The notes under the pieces were generated by a model that was not told the DNA's origin, did no database searches, and saw nothing but the letters and a program-made list of their open reading frames with translations. Position numbers and translations under genes: made by a program. A stretch of 64,000 nt of DNA from the human T2T-CHM13v2.0 reference genome, Homo sapiens, in the NCBI RefSeq assembly GCF_009914755.1, contig NC_060945.1; one strand, given 5' to 3'. This document shows positions 1 through 15,272 of the stretch, in pieces. Position 1 is the first letter of the stretch; every line of letters starts with the position of its first letter.

Positions 1-708
1 TTTTAATATATTTGAAGTATTCATATACATTTATTGAAATAGAGAGAAGACATTAATAAGATTTTTTTTTCCTCTTGGTACTAACCCCTGCTTTTTTTTT
101 CCCCAGAAAAACAAAGATATATTTCCTCCTGACTAAAGTAGCACCATGTTAAAGGATGTAGCAATCATTACAGATATTTCTAAAGAATTCTCCTATGTGG
201 ATGGAAAATAATTTAGAAATTTTCAAGGTTAGCTTTACAATTGAATACAATCTCTCTATAATGAGTGGTCCTTTCTTTCTTGACCATTACCACTCAGACA
301 GCTATGAATGAGGTAGTACCTTGGTTTTTGTTTAGCTTAAGTTTTGATTAAAATGCTTATGATTATGAAAAACAATTCCAAGATGAGTTTATACTTTCAT
401 GCCATTCCCAGTGGAATCTATTTACATATCTGACGAACACAGTACAAAGCTTCTACTCCAACCAGAGAATCACACTCATCCTCAAAAGATTGAAGAGTAG
501 ACCTCAACATGAAAAGCACGAAAAACATTAATAAACAATGTGCCGAACATGTGCCAGTGTTGGTAGAAATGAAGGCTGAATTTAATACAATTCCCCTGGA
601 GTTATCAAAGATAGGAGCCAATGTATGTTAAGATTTTCTAAGTTTTAGTGATGTTTGTAAACTTCAGGCAATATTGAAAAGATAATGTATTTTAAAAGTG
701 GCTATGGT

Positions 709-1260
<552 letters not shown>

Positions 1261-1289
1261 ATGCCTAACATGAATTCATGAACTGCCTG

Positions 1290-1292
<3 letters not shown>

Positions 1293-1338
<46 letters not shown>

Positions 1339-1347
1339 TGTGTGTGT
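1293..1347. repeat. (TG)n microsatellite
   Basis: Long perfect TG run followed by a degenerate tail. Confidence 0.97.
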
Positions 1348-1864
1348 CTATGTGTCTGGTGTGTACATGCATCTGCACCCACTTTAAAGATACTACCCAG
1401 GGTATTGATTTACCGGGAGCATGATCTGGGCTGAGCCAGTATAATTTCTTTTTTGGTTTGTGCATACCCAGATTTGATGTTTTTGGAGATTGTGTCTGAG
1501 CATTTTTCTGAAGCCACAGTGCATTAAAAGATTAAACATCCATGAAGCCCAAAAGAAATCTGGAGCAAATTACAAACAAAACACCTACTACCAGCTTCTT
1601 CCAGGAGCTACCCACAAATTACCCACAAATGCACTCTCCCTCAACTTTCATGGAGTTTGTTCCATTTTTAATACATTAGAGAGAAATTAAGTTAGGAGTA
1701 CAGGAAGAATAAGTTATGAACATCAAAAATAATCCTAGTGAGAATTTTAGCTTTGTAATGTTGATGTGTTAGGGATCTAGCTTCTTGTGCCTAAAAATAA
1801 TTGATATTTTCATATTTTGTACTTTCCATCCTGGGGAGCAATAGACATAAATGTAACAAATACA

Positions 1865-2100
1865 ATAATAACAGCTAATGTTTAGTAAGTGCTCTTAATT
1901 TTTTACATGGATGAATGCTTTTCATTCTGAAAGCAACCCTATGAGGTATATATTATTACTATTATCCCCTTTTTAAAGAAGGGACACATGAGGCCACACA
2001 TGGCTAATTAATTTGCCTAAGCCGCCATAGCTCATAAGTAGCAGAACTGGCCTCTGAATGTAGACAAATTGGATCCATGAGTGTGGGAACTATGCTATGC
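1865..2100 (-). mobile_element. MIR fragment
   Basis: 'caaccctatgaggtatatattattactattatccccttttt...gaggccac...ttgcctaag' matches the MIR core. Confidence 0.65.
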
Positions 2101-2178
2101 TCATTATTTTGAGTGGCTTATTGGAGAGTTTACTAAAACGGTCGTATAGAAAGACTAATGAGTGAAAGAAAGAAACAG

Positions 2179-2252
2179 TTATCAATATCAGAACTAAAAA
2201 GAGTTTATCAATATCAGAACTAAAAAGAGTTTACCAGTATCAGGAATAAAAG
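2179..2252. repeat. 26-bp tandem repeat, ~3 copies
   Basis: ttatcaatatcagaactaaaaagagt x2 plus a diverged third copy. Confidence 0.9.
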
Positions 2253-2554
2253 GAACTCACAAATACTGAAAGAGCATTAAGAAAATATTATTAACCACTT
2301 TACTTCAATAGACTTGACAACTACATAAAAACAATAAATTCTTCAAAAACAAACGTACCATGAAAAACAATGGAAGAAATTATTTAAATGCCTCTATGTA
2401 TTAATTAAATTGATTCTGTTGTTAAAACTTTTCCCATAAACTCCAGGTCTAGAGAGCTTCACTGGTAAATTCTTCCCAATACTCAGAGGAGGGAATTACA
2501 CCAATTTTAGAGATTATCTCTGATAACAAATAATGACGACAACAAAGACAATGA

Positions 2555-2866
<312 letters not shown>

Positions 2867-3914
2867 ACGTTTCTCAACTCTTGATGAGGACAGCATAACC
2901 TTGATATCAGCATAAAACAAGAACATTATAATATAGGGAAATTACAGATCAATTTCTCCAATGAACATAGATAAAAATATCTTAAGCACATTGCATCCAG
3001 CCACATTCAAAAATGGTAATATGTCAAGCAAGTATGTTTTAACATTTGAAAATTAGTTGTAATAATTCACTATGTTAACATAAAATTCACATGTTAACAT
3101 AACAAGGGAGAAAATTCAACACACACTTACGATTAAAAAATCTTTACAAACTAGAAATAAAAGGGAAGTGATGAACAGTATCTACAGAAAACTTTGTAGC
3201 CAGCATTAACCTTATCATCCCTTATTGAAAACTTTCCACCTGAGATTGGAGAAGAAAGATTGACAATTTCTAATATCACTTTTCATCAACATTATACTAG
3301 AGAGAAACTATATAAAGATTGAAAATGAAGTAATAGTTTTAATTGATTGCAGACTATTATTGTGTACCTGGAAAATCTAATTTCAAAACTATATTAGAAT
3401 TAATGAGTAAATTTAGTAAAGTATCAGAATGTAATAATAATATACAACATTTCCATTTCTATAAACCAACACTGTACAGAAAATGAAAGAGAATATTAAA
3501 TACATAGATGCAAATTTTAAAATGATGCCAAAGATTTCTACAATCAATGCTATACCATCTTATTTAAATAAACTTAAGAAGACCTAAATATATCTAGAAA
3601 TAGACCACATCCGTATATTTTATTGTAGATGCAAGACTCTGGAAAGTTGTCAATTATTACAAATCAATCTATAATTTTAATTCAATCCTAATCTAAACTT
3701 AATCAGCTGATTCTAAAATGTATATTAAATTGAAAAGATCAAATAATTGCCAAGAAACTCTGGAGAATTGATAACACCAATTATTAAGACCTGTTACAAA
3801 TCTATAGTAAATAAGATTTGTGATATTGGGGAAAATGTCAGCAAATAGACCAATCACACAGAATACAGAGTTCAAAAACAGAAGAATTATATGCACTTAT
3901 CTAATGTATGACAA

Positions 3915-4222
3915 TTTTTTATTTTTTTTTTTTTTTTGAGATGGAGTCTCACTCTGTCGCCCAGGCTGGAGTGCAGTGGTGCCATGTCGGCTCACTGCAA
4001 GCTCTGCCCCCCCGGGTTCACGCCATTCTCCTGCCTCAGCCTCCCGAGTAGCTGGGACTACAGGTGCCCGCCACCACGCCCGGCTAATTTTGTTTTGTAT
4101 TTTTAGTAGAGACGGGGTTTCACCGTGTTAGCCAGGATGGTCTCGATCTCCTGACCTCATGATCTGCCCGCCTCAGCCTCCCAAAGTGCTGGGATTACAG
4201 GCGTGAGTCACCGCGCCCGGCC
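3915..4222 (-). mobile_element. AluY, no clear TSD
   Basis: AluY diagnostics (gcaagctc, ttcacgccattctcc, gtgttagccaggatgg); flanks do not form a clean TSD. Confidence 0.93.
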
Positions 4223-4254
4223 TTGAATATTTTAAAGAAAGATTTTTTTTTTTT

Positions 4255-4340
4255 AAAGAACATACGACATCTCATATGTGGCTCACAAAGCCTAGAATAT
4301 TTACTAGTTGGTAAATACAGAAAATGTTTGCTTATCTCTG
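4255..4340 (+). mobile_element. MER58 (hAT-Charlie) terminal fragment
   Basis: 'atgtggctcacaaagcctagaatatttactagttgg...cagaaaatgtttgc' matches the MER58 3' end. Confidence 0.6.
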
Positions 4341-6508
4341 TCCTACAGTGTAAAGATCATTACTATTAAAATCAGAAAACTTTGGTTAGTATTCTAGACC
4401 TGTCACTGACTCGCCTAGCTTGACTATATGTGGCAGTGACTGGGAGGCACACTAAACCAGAACTAAGTGTATCCCCTATTCAACTTCCTCTTGATGGATC
4501 TCAAGTATTCCTGCAATCACTTTGACAACATTCTATGCCAGGTGAAGTGTGACGAAGATTAAGTGAGAGTGAAAAGACATGGCCCTCTTAACCAACTACA
4601 GTAAAAGTAACTTACTTTTGTGAATCTTTTAAAAACATGTGGTTATGTGAACCCACTTCATGGTCATGTGAACCCGCTGCTGACCCTCTCCCGGGGCGCT
4701 GGAAAGGACCTACTCAAATGAGCACCCCTGAAGTGTAAGTTTTATTTGCTTGCTGTTTCATGATCGACACACCCCACATGCATGCACATGCTTACATGTA
4801 CACACACACAAACTTATTGCACAGGTATAAACAGTCGTTTTTGTGCTTACCTTTTTTTGCTGTAATGAAATGTAGACTAGGAAGTTATTATCTATAATAA
4901 GTGAATAAAAGGCTATGGCCTTTAAATTAATTATTTTATTGAGTGATTCTTTACAATCAGTCTGTAATTTGAAGTTTATTTCTAGAGTGGAGAAGTGGAA
5001 TGAGAAAAGAAAAAAGGAAAATTTCCTAAAGTATCAGCTAGGCCCTGGGTTTCAATACAACACTAGCTGTGGAACTAACTGGCTGTGTGCCCAACAAAAC
5101 AGAATAGGTGACTTTTAATGGCCTGAAGCTCTCTTGGAAGTGGCCATTAAGAGCAGTCAGTTTGGCAAGTCCCATTTGCCTATGTTCCTAACACTCTTTG
5201 GAACCCAGCCCATCGGAACTCTGTAAAGTATGAACATGCTGTGGTTATAAAGAAATATGGCCAAAAGTGAATCAGCTCCACAAAGAGATTATTCTAAAAG
5301 CCCAGGAATGTCTTTTTCCCCTAATGAATAAGTCAGTGGAGCAGTTGATGTGAAAGTTAAGGTAAGGTAAGCCATTCAATAAAATATGTAGTTCAAGAGG
5401 CATGTATTTCAATGCTACTTCTGTCACTATCAGCTTGGGGAAAGTTGGGCGAGTCACTTAACCTTTCTAAGCTTCAGTTTCTTTATTTTATATTTGTTAT
5501 CACTAAGATCTTTCTGGCTATAAAATTCCATTTTTCATAATGTGGAATCTCTGTTAACTGTCTTTACTCATAAAGGAAAATCAAATATTGTTATTCTCTA
5601 CTTACAGTCCCTGTGTGCTGTTGAAAAGTGGAGTTTCAAGGTTAAAATAACAGGTGTCTCGCAGTTTTTTAACCATTGTGGTTAAATATGTAATTGGTAA
5701 AATGAAAATTAGTATCTATTTCACAATTCGTTGAAATAAAACGAAGAAAGTCAGTAAGCGTAGCTTAGTCTCTTCTGAAACCTTTTACTTTCTACATTCA
5801 CATCAGTCCTACAGGACGGGTACTGCCCTTGAGGAGGAAGCTAGCAGTTTGGGGGGTAAATTAAATTATTGGCTATGGTATTAGCAATGCAATTAAGTCA
5901 CTTCTTGTGATCTGCCTTTTATCAGTATTATATGAGATACTCCTACAACCCCACATGCATGTTGATTCGTGTGCCCTTTCAACTATTTCTCTACTTGATA
6001 GGAAAAACATAAAGGTAATTGATCAACCACTTAAAATCAAAATGAATATTCAGTTGTTAATTTTATTTTTTTTCTATTCAAGTCTTCAAAAGACATTAAG
6101 AAACATGCTCTATGGTTGGTACCAAATTTTGGAGAAATCTGTTAAAAATTCAAGAGAACAATATGAAACTTTACATTTAGCCTTTTTTCATTAACATAAA
6201 ATATGCTTGACTACAGTCAGTTCTGTTACAATTGACTTTTTAATGTGAATGGGAACTTACATATTAAATTAGTATAAAAATGTTGTTCTTGTCACAGTTT
6301 TATGAGTTGTTGATAATCACACATGAAGCAGAATCAGCTATTGATGTTATTTCAAGTTAAGTTAAAAGTGAGGATAGGTTAGTTCAGTATTATTTTGTGA
6401 TTTTTTTTTTCCTGCATATTCAGGAAAATGACCTTTCTCCTTATGTATAACAAATTGTTTTGGCAAGATTTAAGATATGATTGAAAATCTTAAAATGTGA
6501 ATGAATTT

Positions 6509-6551
6509 GGTCTTAGAGAATACCTCTGGGGGGTCTTAGAGAATACCTCTG
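6509..6551. repeat. Direct duplication of ggtcttagagaatacctctg (period 23)
   Basis: Exact 20-bp copies at 6509-6528 and 6532-6551. Confidence 0.95.
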
Positions 6552-7855
6552 ATTTTCAGTAAGTTAAGTTTATTACTGCTATTTTTTGATAAACTCTCAA
6601 TATAAACAAACGTCTATATGAAAAGAGAAAGCATCAAAATATGTTTTATATACTTCTAAGTCTTTGCAAATCTGTGTAATATTTTTAGCAAGAACAGTTT
6701 CTGTGTAGCATGAAAACATAGCATGATGGCTTCCCTGTGTTATTTCCCATTTTGTCAGGGGAGTCAAGTAACTGCCAAGACCACATTGGTGGGCTTATGA
6801 AGGGTGATATCCCATACTCCCCACCCATAGTGAGTCATTCAATGGTGAGGTTCCTGAAGGGTGGAAAGAGTCTCAGAGTTCTGAGGGAGGCCTCTTGAAA
6901 GCAAACATACTTTGAAAGTGCAAGTCTGTTGTCCTACAGACGATCCTAAATTTGCAAGGATTCAGTGACATGTGGTTAAGACATCTTGAACTCATTATTG
7001 GAAAACTTGAAAAAAATTAGGATGGTTTCTGCCACACACTATTTTTTAAAAAAAATATGATTAAATACATGATTGCTTGTGTTTGTATAGACTTTTGCTT
7101 TTAGTCATTTTTTAAGTAGTCTAAAAGAGAAAACGTGTATTCTATTTTACCATAGGAATGTAAAATTCCTAAGGGCTCTATACTCTATGAACTTTACATG
7201 CACTGAAATTCCATCTAGAGAAATGGCGTTTAGGGGAAACTGTCAAGTGCACAAATCCTTTGCCTTTTAGTTTTTTTCATTCTGTGTATTTCTGTGTGTG
7301 TGTAATTTCTGAGTGTGTAATTTCTCTGTGTGTGTAATTTCTGCTATAAATTAGAAAGTGTGATAGTCTATATTTTTCCCATGAGTTGTTACCCTTAAGC
7401 AATAGCAGGAGAGAAATGAATTTATTTTAATTTCAAGCCATTTTAAGGTTTACTTCTCCATAGCATGGGGAAAAATGTATTAATTACTTTGGAGGATTCA
7501 GATACTTAATAGAGCAAAGGTTCATTTTGATTAAAATATATGAGAACTGGGGTAAGAAGAATTGTTCTTTTCAAATGTACACTCGGCATTTACCAAGATA
7601 GCTCATATTATGAAACATAAAATAAATCCCAATAAATTACAAGCATTCAAGTACTTTTATGTATTTAAATGTAATATGAACATATGATGTTAAAAGAAAA
7701 TACATAATGTTCTCTAAACACAGTGGCATTAAATAGAATTCAGTAGCAGAGAAATACCTGAAAATTCCTCAAATATTTAAAAACTAAATTATGTACTTAA
7801 GACATCAAAAGAAAAATTGGAAAATGTTTAGAGTTGAATAAAAATGGAAATATAG

Positions 7856-8242
7856 TGTCTTAGTTTGCTTTGTGCTGCTGTAACAGAATACCTGAGGCCT
7901 AGGTAATTTATAATTAACAGAAATGTATTGGTTTACCATCATGAAGGCTAGGAAATCCAATGTCAAGTTGTGGGCATCTTACCAGGGCCTTTTTGCTGTG
8001 CCATGATGTGGCAGAAGACAAGAGGGTGAGAGAGAGAGAGAGAGAGAGAGCACGGAAGGGAGTCCAAACTTACCTTTTTTATAAAAAAAATCAACTCCCA
8101 TAATAATAAACCTACTCCTGCATGACAACATTAATTCATTTATGAGGAAAGTGACCTCAAGGACCAATCACCACTCAAAAATCACAATGGCAACCAAATT
8201 TTAGCATGAGTTTTGGAGGGAACAAACATCCAAACCATAGCA
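7856..8242 (-). mobile_element. MaLR solo LTR (MST/MLT1A family) containing a (GA)n run, inserted in old L1M
   Basis: Termini tgtcttagtttg...ccaaaccatagca; 5-bp TSD tatag/catag. Confidence 0.85.
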
Positions 8243-8333
8243 CATAGGATATCTGAATGTGGGCAAAACAACTAAAGCAGTATTTAGGGACATTTTTGCC
8301 CTAATATAAATATTTATATTATTACGTAACATA

Positions 8334-10224
<1,891 letters not shown>

Positions 10225-12120
10225 GATTATGTAGAAAACCCAAAGGAATCTATAAAAAGTCTACTAGAGCTAGAGTGATTTTAACAAGATTTCAATACAC
10301 AAATTCAAATGTCTTTCTATATATTAATGACAATCAACAATAAAATTTTAAAACATTATTAAAGTATAATGAAAATATCAACTGTTTAGGGAGAAATGTA
10401 ACAAGAATGGTGAAGGACCTATACACTAAAAAGCTTCAATATGTTGTTGAGATTAACTGAAGAAGGTCTAAATAGATTTTTTTTTCATGTCTCGGAAGAC
10501 TTAATATGTGAAGATACCAATTCTTCCCCAAATGATCAACAGGTGAAATGCAATCCCAATCAAAATCCCAGCAATTATTTTAAGGGGGAAATTGGCAATC
10601 TGATTCTAAAATTCATATGGAAAAAAACAATGGAGTTAGAATAACTAAAACAAGTCCGAAAAAGAAAAAGAAATGGAGGACTAATGCTACCTGATTTCAA
10701 GTCTTATCGTATAAATCTACATCAATAAAGGACAAGTTGGTATTGGGTTAAAGATAGATAAATACATCAGTGGAATAGAATATTGAATCCAGAATAAATC
10801 CACACATATATGGATAAAAATACCAGACAATTCAGTGGAGATGGTTTTGTTTTTACAACAAATGTTACTGGAACAAATTGATATATGTATTAGTCAGATA
10901 TGGCTGCCATAACAAAGAACCACAAACAGGTGGTTTAAATAATGGAAATAAATTTCCTCAGAATTCTGGAGTATGGAAGCCCAAGATCAAGTTGCTGGGA
11001 GGATTCGTTTCTTCTGAGTGTCTCTTTTTTTGATGACAGATGACTATCTTTTACCAATGTCTTCACTTGGTTTTCCCTCTGTGTGTGCCTAGGTCCTATT
11101 CTCCAATTCCTATAAGGAAACCAGTCATATTGGATTAGGGCCCACTCTAATGGCCCCATTTTACTTGCATTATCTCTTTAAAGACACTATCTCCAGATGT
11201 AGCCACACTCTGAAGTACTTGGAATTAGGATTTATGGTGCAAGAATCTGCGAGAGAGCACAATTCAGCCCATGACAATACCCATATGTAAACAAATCTGC
11301 ACACAAATCCTTGCATGCATATCTTTACAGCAGCATTATTCATAATTGCCAAAAACTGGAAAGGACCCAAATGCCCCTGAACTGGTGAATGGATAGACAG
11401 TATTTGTTGTAATCATACAATGGAATACTAGTCAGCCATAAGAAGCAATAAACTCATACACGCTGTGTTATGGCTGACCCTCGAAAACATTATGCCCAAT
11501 GAAAGAAGCCAGGCACAAGAGATCACATATTTTACGATTCCATTTACACTAAATGTCCATACAAACAAATTTATACAACAGAAACTAGATTATTGGTTGC
11601 CTGAGGCTGAGGGTTGGAGCGGTAATTAATTGTAAATACAGATGAGGAATATTATTGATATGAGAGATGAAAATGTTATAAAACTAATTTATGGTGATAG
11701 TTGCATCACTTGGTAACATTCCTAAAAATCATTGAAATGCCACCTTAAATGGGTGAATTTTATGCTATGTAAAAGATACCTCACTAAAATTGTTTAAAAT
11801 GCATCAATTCAAATTGGATCTTAGATCTAAAGGTAAAGCCTAATGCTATAAAACCTCTAAAAGAAAACAAAAACAGAGACTTTTGTGATCTTGGGTTAGG
11901 CATATATTTCTTGGATACAAAATCAAAGAGATGATTCAAAAAATGAATTTTGAAAAACTGAACTTCAAATAAAAATTAAAATCATCTGTCCTTTGCAGAA
12001 ACTCTTAAGACAATGAAAAGACAATCTATAGAATAGAAGAAAATATTTGCAAGGAATATATCTTATAAAGGACTGATTCCAGAAAATAAAGCACAGTTAA
12101 AATGTAATATTAAGAAAATT
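10225..12120 (+). mobile_element. Old L1M remnants, interrupted by an MLT1 LTR and an L1 3'-end piece
   Basis: Degenerate ORF2 motifs (gcaatcccaatcaaaatcccagc; tgattctaaaattcatatgg; tgtgatcttgggttaggc). Confidence 0.75.
10886..11276 (-). mobile_element. MLT1B/C MaLR solo LTR
   Basis: Termini tgtattagtc...cacaattcagcccatgaca; internal 'ccagtcatattggattagggcccac'. Confidence 0.85.
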
Positions 12121-12140
12121 ATCAGCCAGGGTGCTTGTAG

Positions 12141-12452
<312 letters not shown>

Positions 12453-13039
12453 TGTATGCTTTCTTATTTGTATCCTTTCTAATATTCTTTGGGTCTCTAG
12501 GGTTTTTAGAACATTTACAATTACTACCCCTAAGGTATTCTGTAACTATTCTTTTGAAGAAATGAATTAAAGACTAAATAAAAAATTGTTAATCTGTGCT
12601 TCCAAATTGGTTGTTGAGGTCTGAAGAAGCTAGCATCAGGGAGTGATAGTGGATCTAAGGATTCTTGGAGTTGTGGGAGGACTTTGCTAGAATCCTACAG
12701 GGAAGAATTTACGAGGATATTAGGACAGTTTAGCAAGTGCAGATAAATGCAATAAACATGGGGCCAAAATATGTATATACATCGGTCATGCTTGGTCGCT
12801 AAGTAGATAGCTGGCATCAAAAAGATGTCGCCTAAAGAAATGAGAGTTTCTGTTTTTCTTTCTCCTCTCCTTTCTTTTTCCCTCCTCTCTTCCTTCTTTC
12901 TTTATTCTTTTTTTCTTGAGTGAAATATCATTTTTCTTTGTTTTTCTTGAGTGAAATATACACTACTTAAAGCAAAATAGCACATTTTGTTACATGCTAG
13001 AAAAGCATAGGAGATTACATTTATTCTCAAAGAGTAATT

Positions 13040-13279
13040 ATTATTATTATTTTTTTTTTTTTTTGAGAAAGTCTCTCCGCCTCCCAGGTTCAAGGGATTC
13101 TCCCACCTCAGCCTCCCGAGTAGCTGGGATTACAGGCGCATGCCACGACACCAAGCCAATTTTTGTATTTTTAGAAGAAATGGTCACCGCGTTGGCCAGA
13201 CTGGTCTCGAACTCCTGACCTCAAGTGATCTGCCTGCCTCGGCCTCCCAAAGTGCTGGGATTACAGGCATGAGCCACTG
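13040..13279 (-). mobile_element. AluS with internal deletion
   Basis: Alu sequence lacking part of the right monomer next to the poly(T). Confidence 0.88.
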
Positions 13280-14083
13280 TAATTTATTTCTTTATTCAAC
13301 ATGTAAAACATTCTTTTAAATACATCTCATGGAAACATTTGAATTCCTCCAGTTACAGGTATATTTACTGCATCTCTACTCTCTTTTGATAGTACTCTGA
13401 AGTACTTGGAGTTAGGATTTATGGTGCAAGAATTTGCAAGAAACCACAATTCAGCCCATGACAATATCCAGATGTAAACAAATGAACTTCAATATGTACC
13501 TCAACATATGTCCATGCATCTATATTGCAAATCTTTTCATGCAGATCTATGAAAAGTCTACTAGAGCTATAATGGCCTTTAGTTATATCTGCATGCAAAT
13601 TTTTGCATTGAGATCTTCACAGCAGCATTATTCATAATTGTATTAAAAAGATTGCATTAGAAAGAATTGCGTTTTCTATTTATACAGTTGCTGATTTCTT
13701 ATTTCTTTGATAAACAGGAGTTGAATTTTATACAAATCATGGCTTTTTTTGTGTAAGATATTGAGGAAATCACTGTGAATTCAAAACGGTTCATGTTCTT
13801 AAGGAGCTGGATAGTTATTAGGTAGGCAGATACTTAGATAACTACCAGTAATAAAGATTTGCAGTAGCTAGTTATTGGAACACAGAAGAGAAAGTAGCTA
13901 ACTTTACCCTGGGTAGGTGATATAGTTTGGATATTGTCCCTGCCTGTCTCCTGTTGAATTATAATCCCCAGCACTAGAGGTGGGGCCTGGTGGAAGGTAT
14001 TTGGGTCTTGGGGGTGGAGCCCTCATGGCTTATTGCTATCTTCATGATAGTGAGTTCTGCTGAGATCTGGTCAGTTAAAAAGG

Positions 14084-14646
14084 TTCCATTTGACCCAGCA
14101 ATTCCATTACTGGGTATATACTCAAAGGATTATAAATCATTCTCTATAAAGACACATGCACACGTATGTTTATTGCAGCACTATTCACAATAGCAAAGAC
14201 TTGGAACCAACCCAAATGCTCATCAATGATGGACTGGATAAAGAAAATGTGGCACATATACACTATGGAATACTATGCAGCCATAAAAAAGAATGGGTTC
14301 ATGTCCTTTGCAGGGATATGGATGATGCTGGAAACCATCATCCTCAGTAAACTAACACAGGAACAGAAAACCAAACACCGCATGTTCTCACTCATAAGTG
14401 GGAGTTGAACCATAAGAACACATGGACATAGGGAGGGGAACATCACACACTGGAACCTGTTGGGGGGGTGTGGGGCAAGGGGAGAGAGAGCATTAGGACA
14501 AATAGCTGATGCATGTGGGGCTTGAAACCTAGATGACGGGTTGATAGGTGCAGCAAACCGCCATGGCCCATGTATACCTATGTAACAAACCTGCACATTC
14601 TGCACATGTATTCCAGAACTTAAAGTAAAAGGTAAAAAAAAAAGAA
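14084..14646 (+). mobile_element. L1PA7/8-like 3' end
   Basis: ORF2 C-terminus (MFIAALFTIAKTWNQPKC...), 3' UTR and A-rich tail. Confidence 0.93.
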
Positions 14647-15058
14647 CGTGACACCTTCCTCTCCATGACTGTCTTTCATGCTCCTGCTTTTGCCATGTGA
14701 TGTGCCTGCTCCCCTTTGCCTTTCACCATGATTTTAAGCTTCTTGAATCCCTCACCAGAAGCCGAGCAAATGTCAGTGCCATCCTTGTGCAACTTGCAGA
14801 ACCATGAGTCAATTAAATCTCTTTTCTTTATATATTACCCAGTCTCAGGTATTTTTCGTTGTTGTTTAATAAGGAAAGGATTTCACTAATTTTTGAAGCA
14901 AATAAGATTTGTGAGTTTCAAAGAAAAGGCTAACCTTCCTATATTAAATGTTTATGTCTAATGTTCCTCAATTGCAAATGCAAGTTTTGACCATTATGCA
15001 AAACAAAGTCCTGGAATTTACAACATTTTCTTGATGGTATTAACTCTTTTTTCTCTGG

Positions 15059-15144
15059 CATGCTATTGATAATAGATTAGATTCAAAAGATTGGCCGTAT
15101 TGTTCCCAGTGTCTGGCAGTATGGAATGGTTCAGGAGCTCTAAG
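15059..15144 (+). pseudogene. STXBP3: Isolated STXBP3 (Munc18c)-derived pseudo-exon with flanking intron sequence
   Basis: Translates HAIDNRLDSKDWPYCSQCLAVWNGSGAL(R/S); recalled STXBP3 is DAIDNRLDSKEWPYCSQCPAVWNGSGAVS. The 86-nt unit ends AG|gtaaaa. The upstream pyrimidine tract ends tctctgg rather than ...AG. No other STXBP3 exon was recognised in the window. Confidence 0.85.
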
Positions 15145-15272
15145 GTAAAACCTATAAGTGAAAAATCAATGAGATTTTCATTCTACAGATCAATAGTTTA
15201 AAATGGTACACAGGTACTCATATTTGGCAACTTTCTTCTTTATAGCAATGTAAGAATGCCTAGTAGAGTAGG

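Larger units (their letters stand above)
13918..15267 (+). mobile_element. MSTB-type MaLR solo LTR, split by an L1PA (14084-14646) and a captured genomic fragment (~14855-15235)
   Basis: Starts tgatatagtttgg. The body breaks at acccagtctcaggtattt (~14854) and resumes ctttatagcaatgtaagaatgcctagtaga (~15238-15267). TSD GTAGG at 13913-13917 and 15268-15272. Confidence 0.88.

Noticed and set aside
6759-6844. DHIGGL as a metallo-beta-lactamase motif
   Set aside because: The required upstream HxHxD histidines are absent.
15189-15213. Small exon-like unit (ttctacag|...cag|gtact) after the STXBP3 pseudo-exon
   Set aside because: It is only 44 nt from the upstream donor, too short for an intron, and its peptide does not match the next STXBP3 exon.
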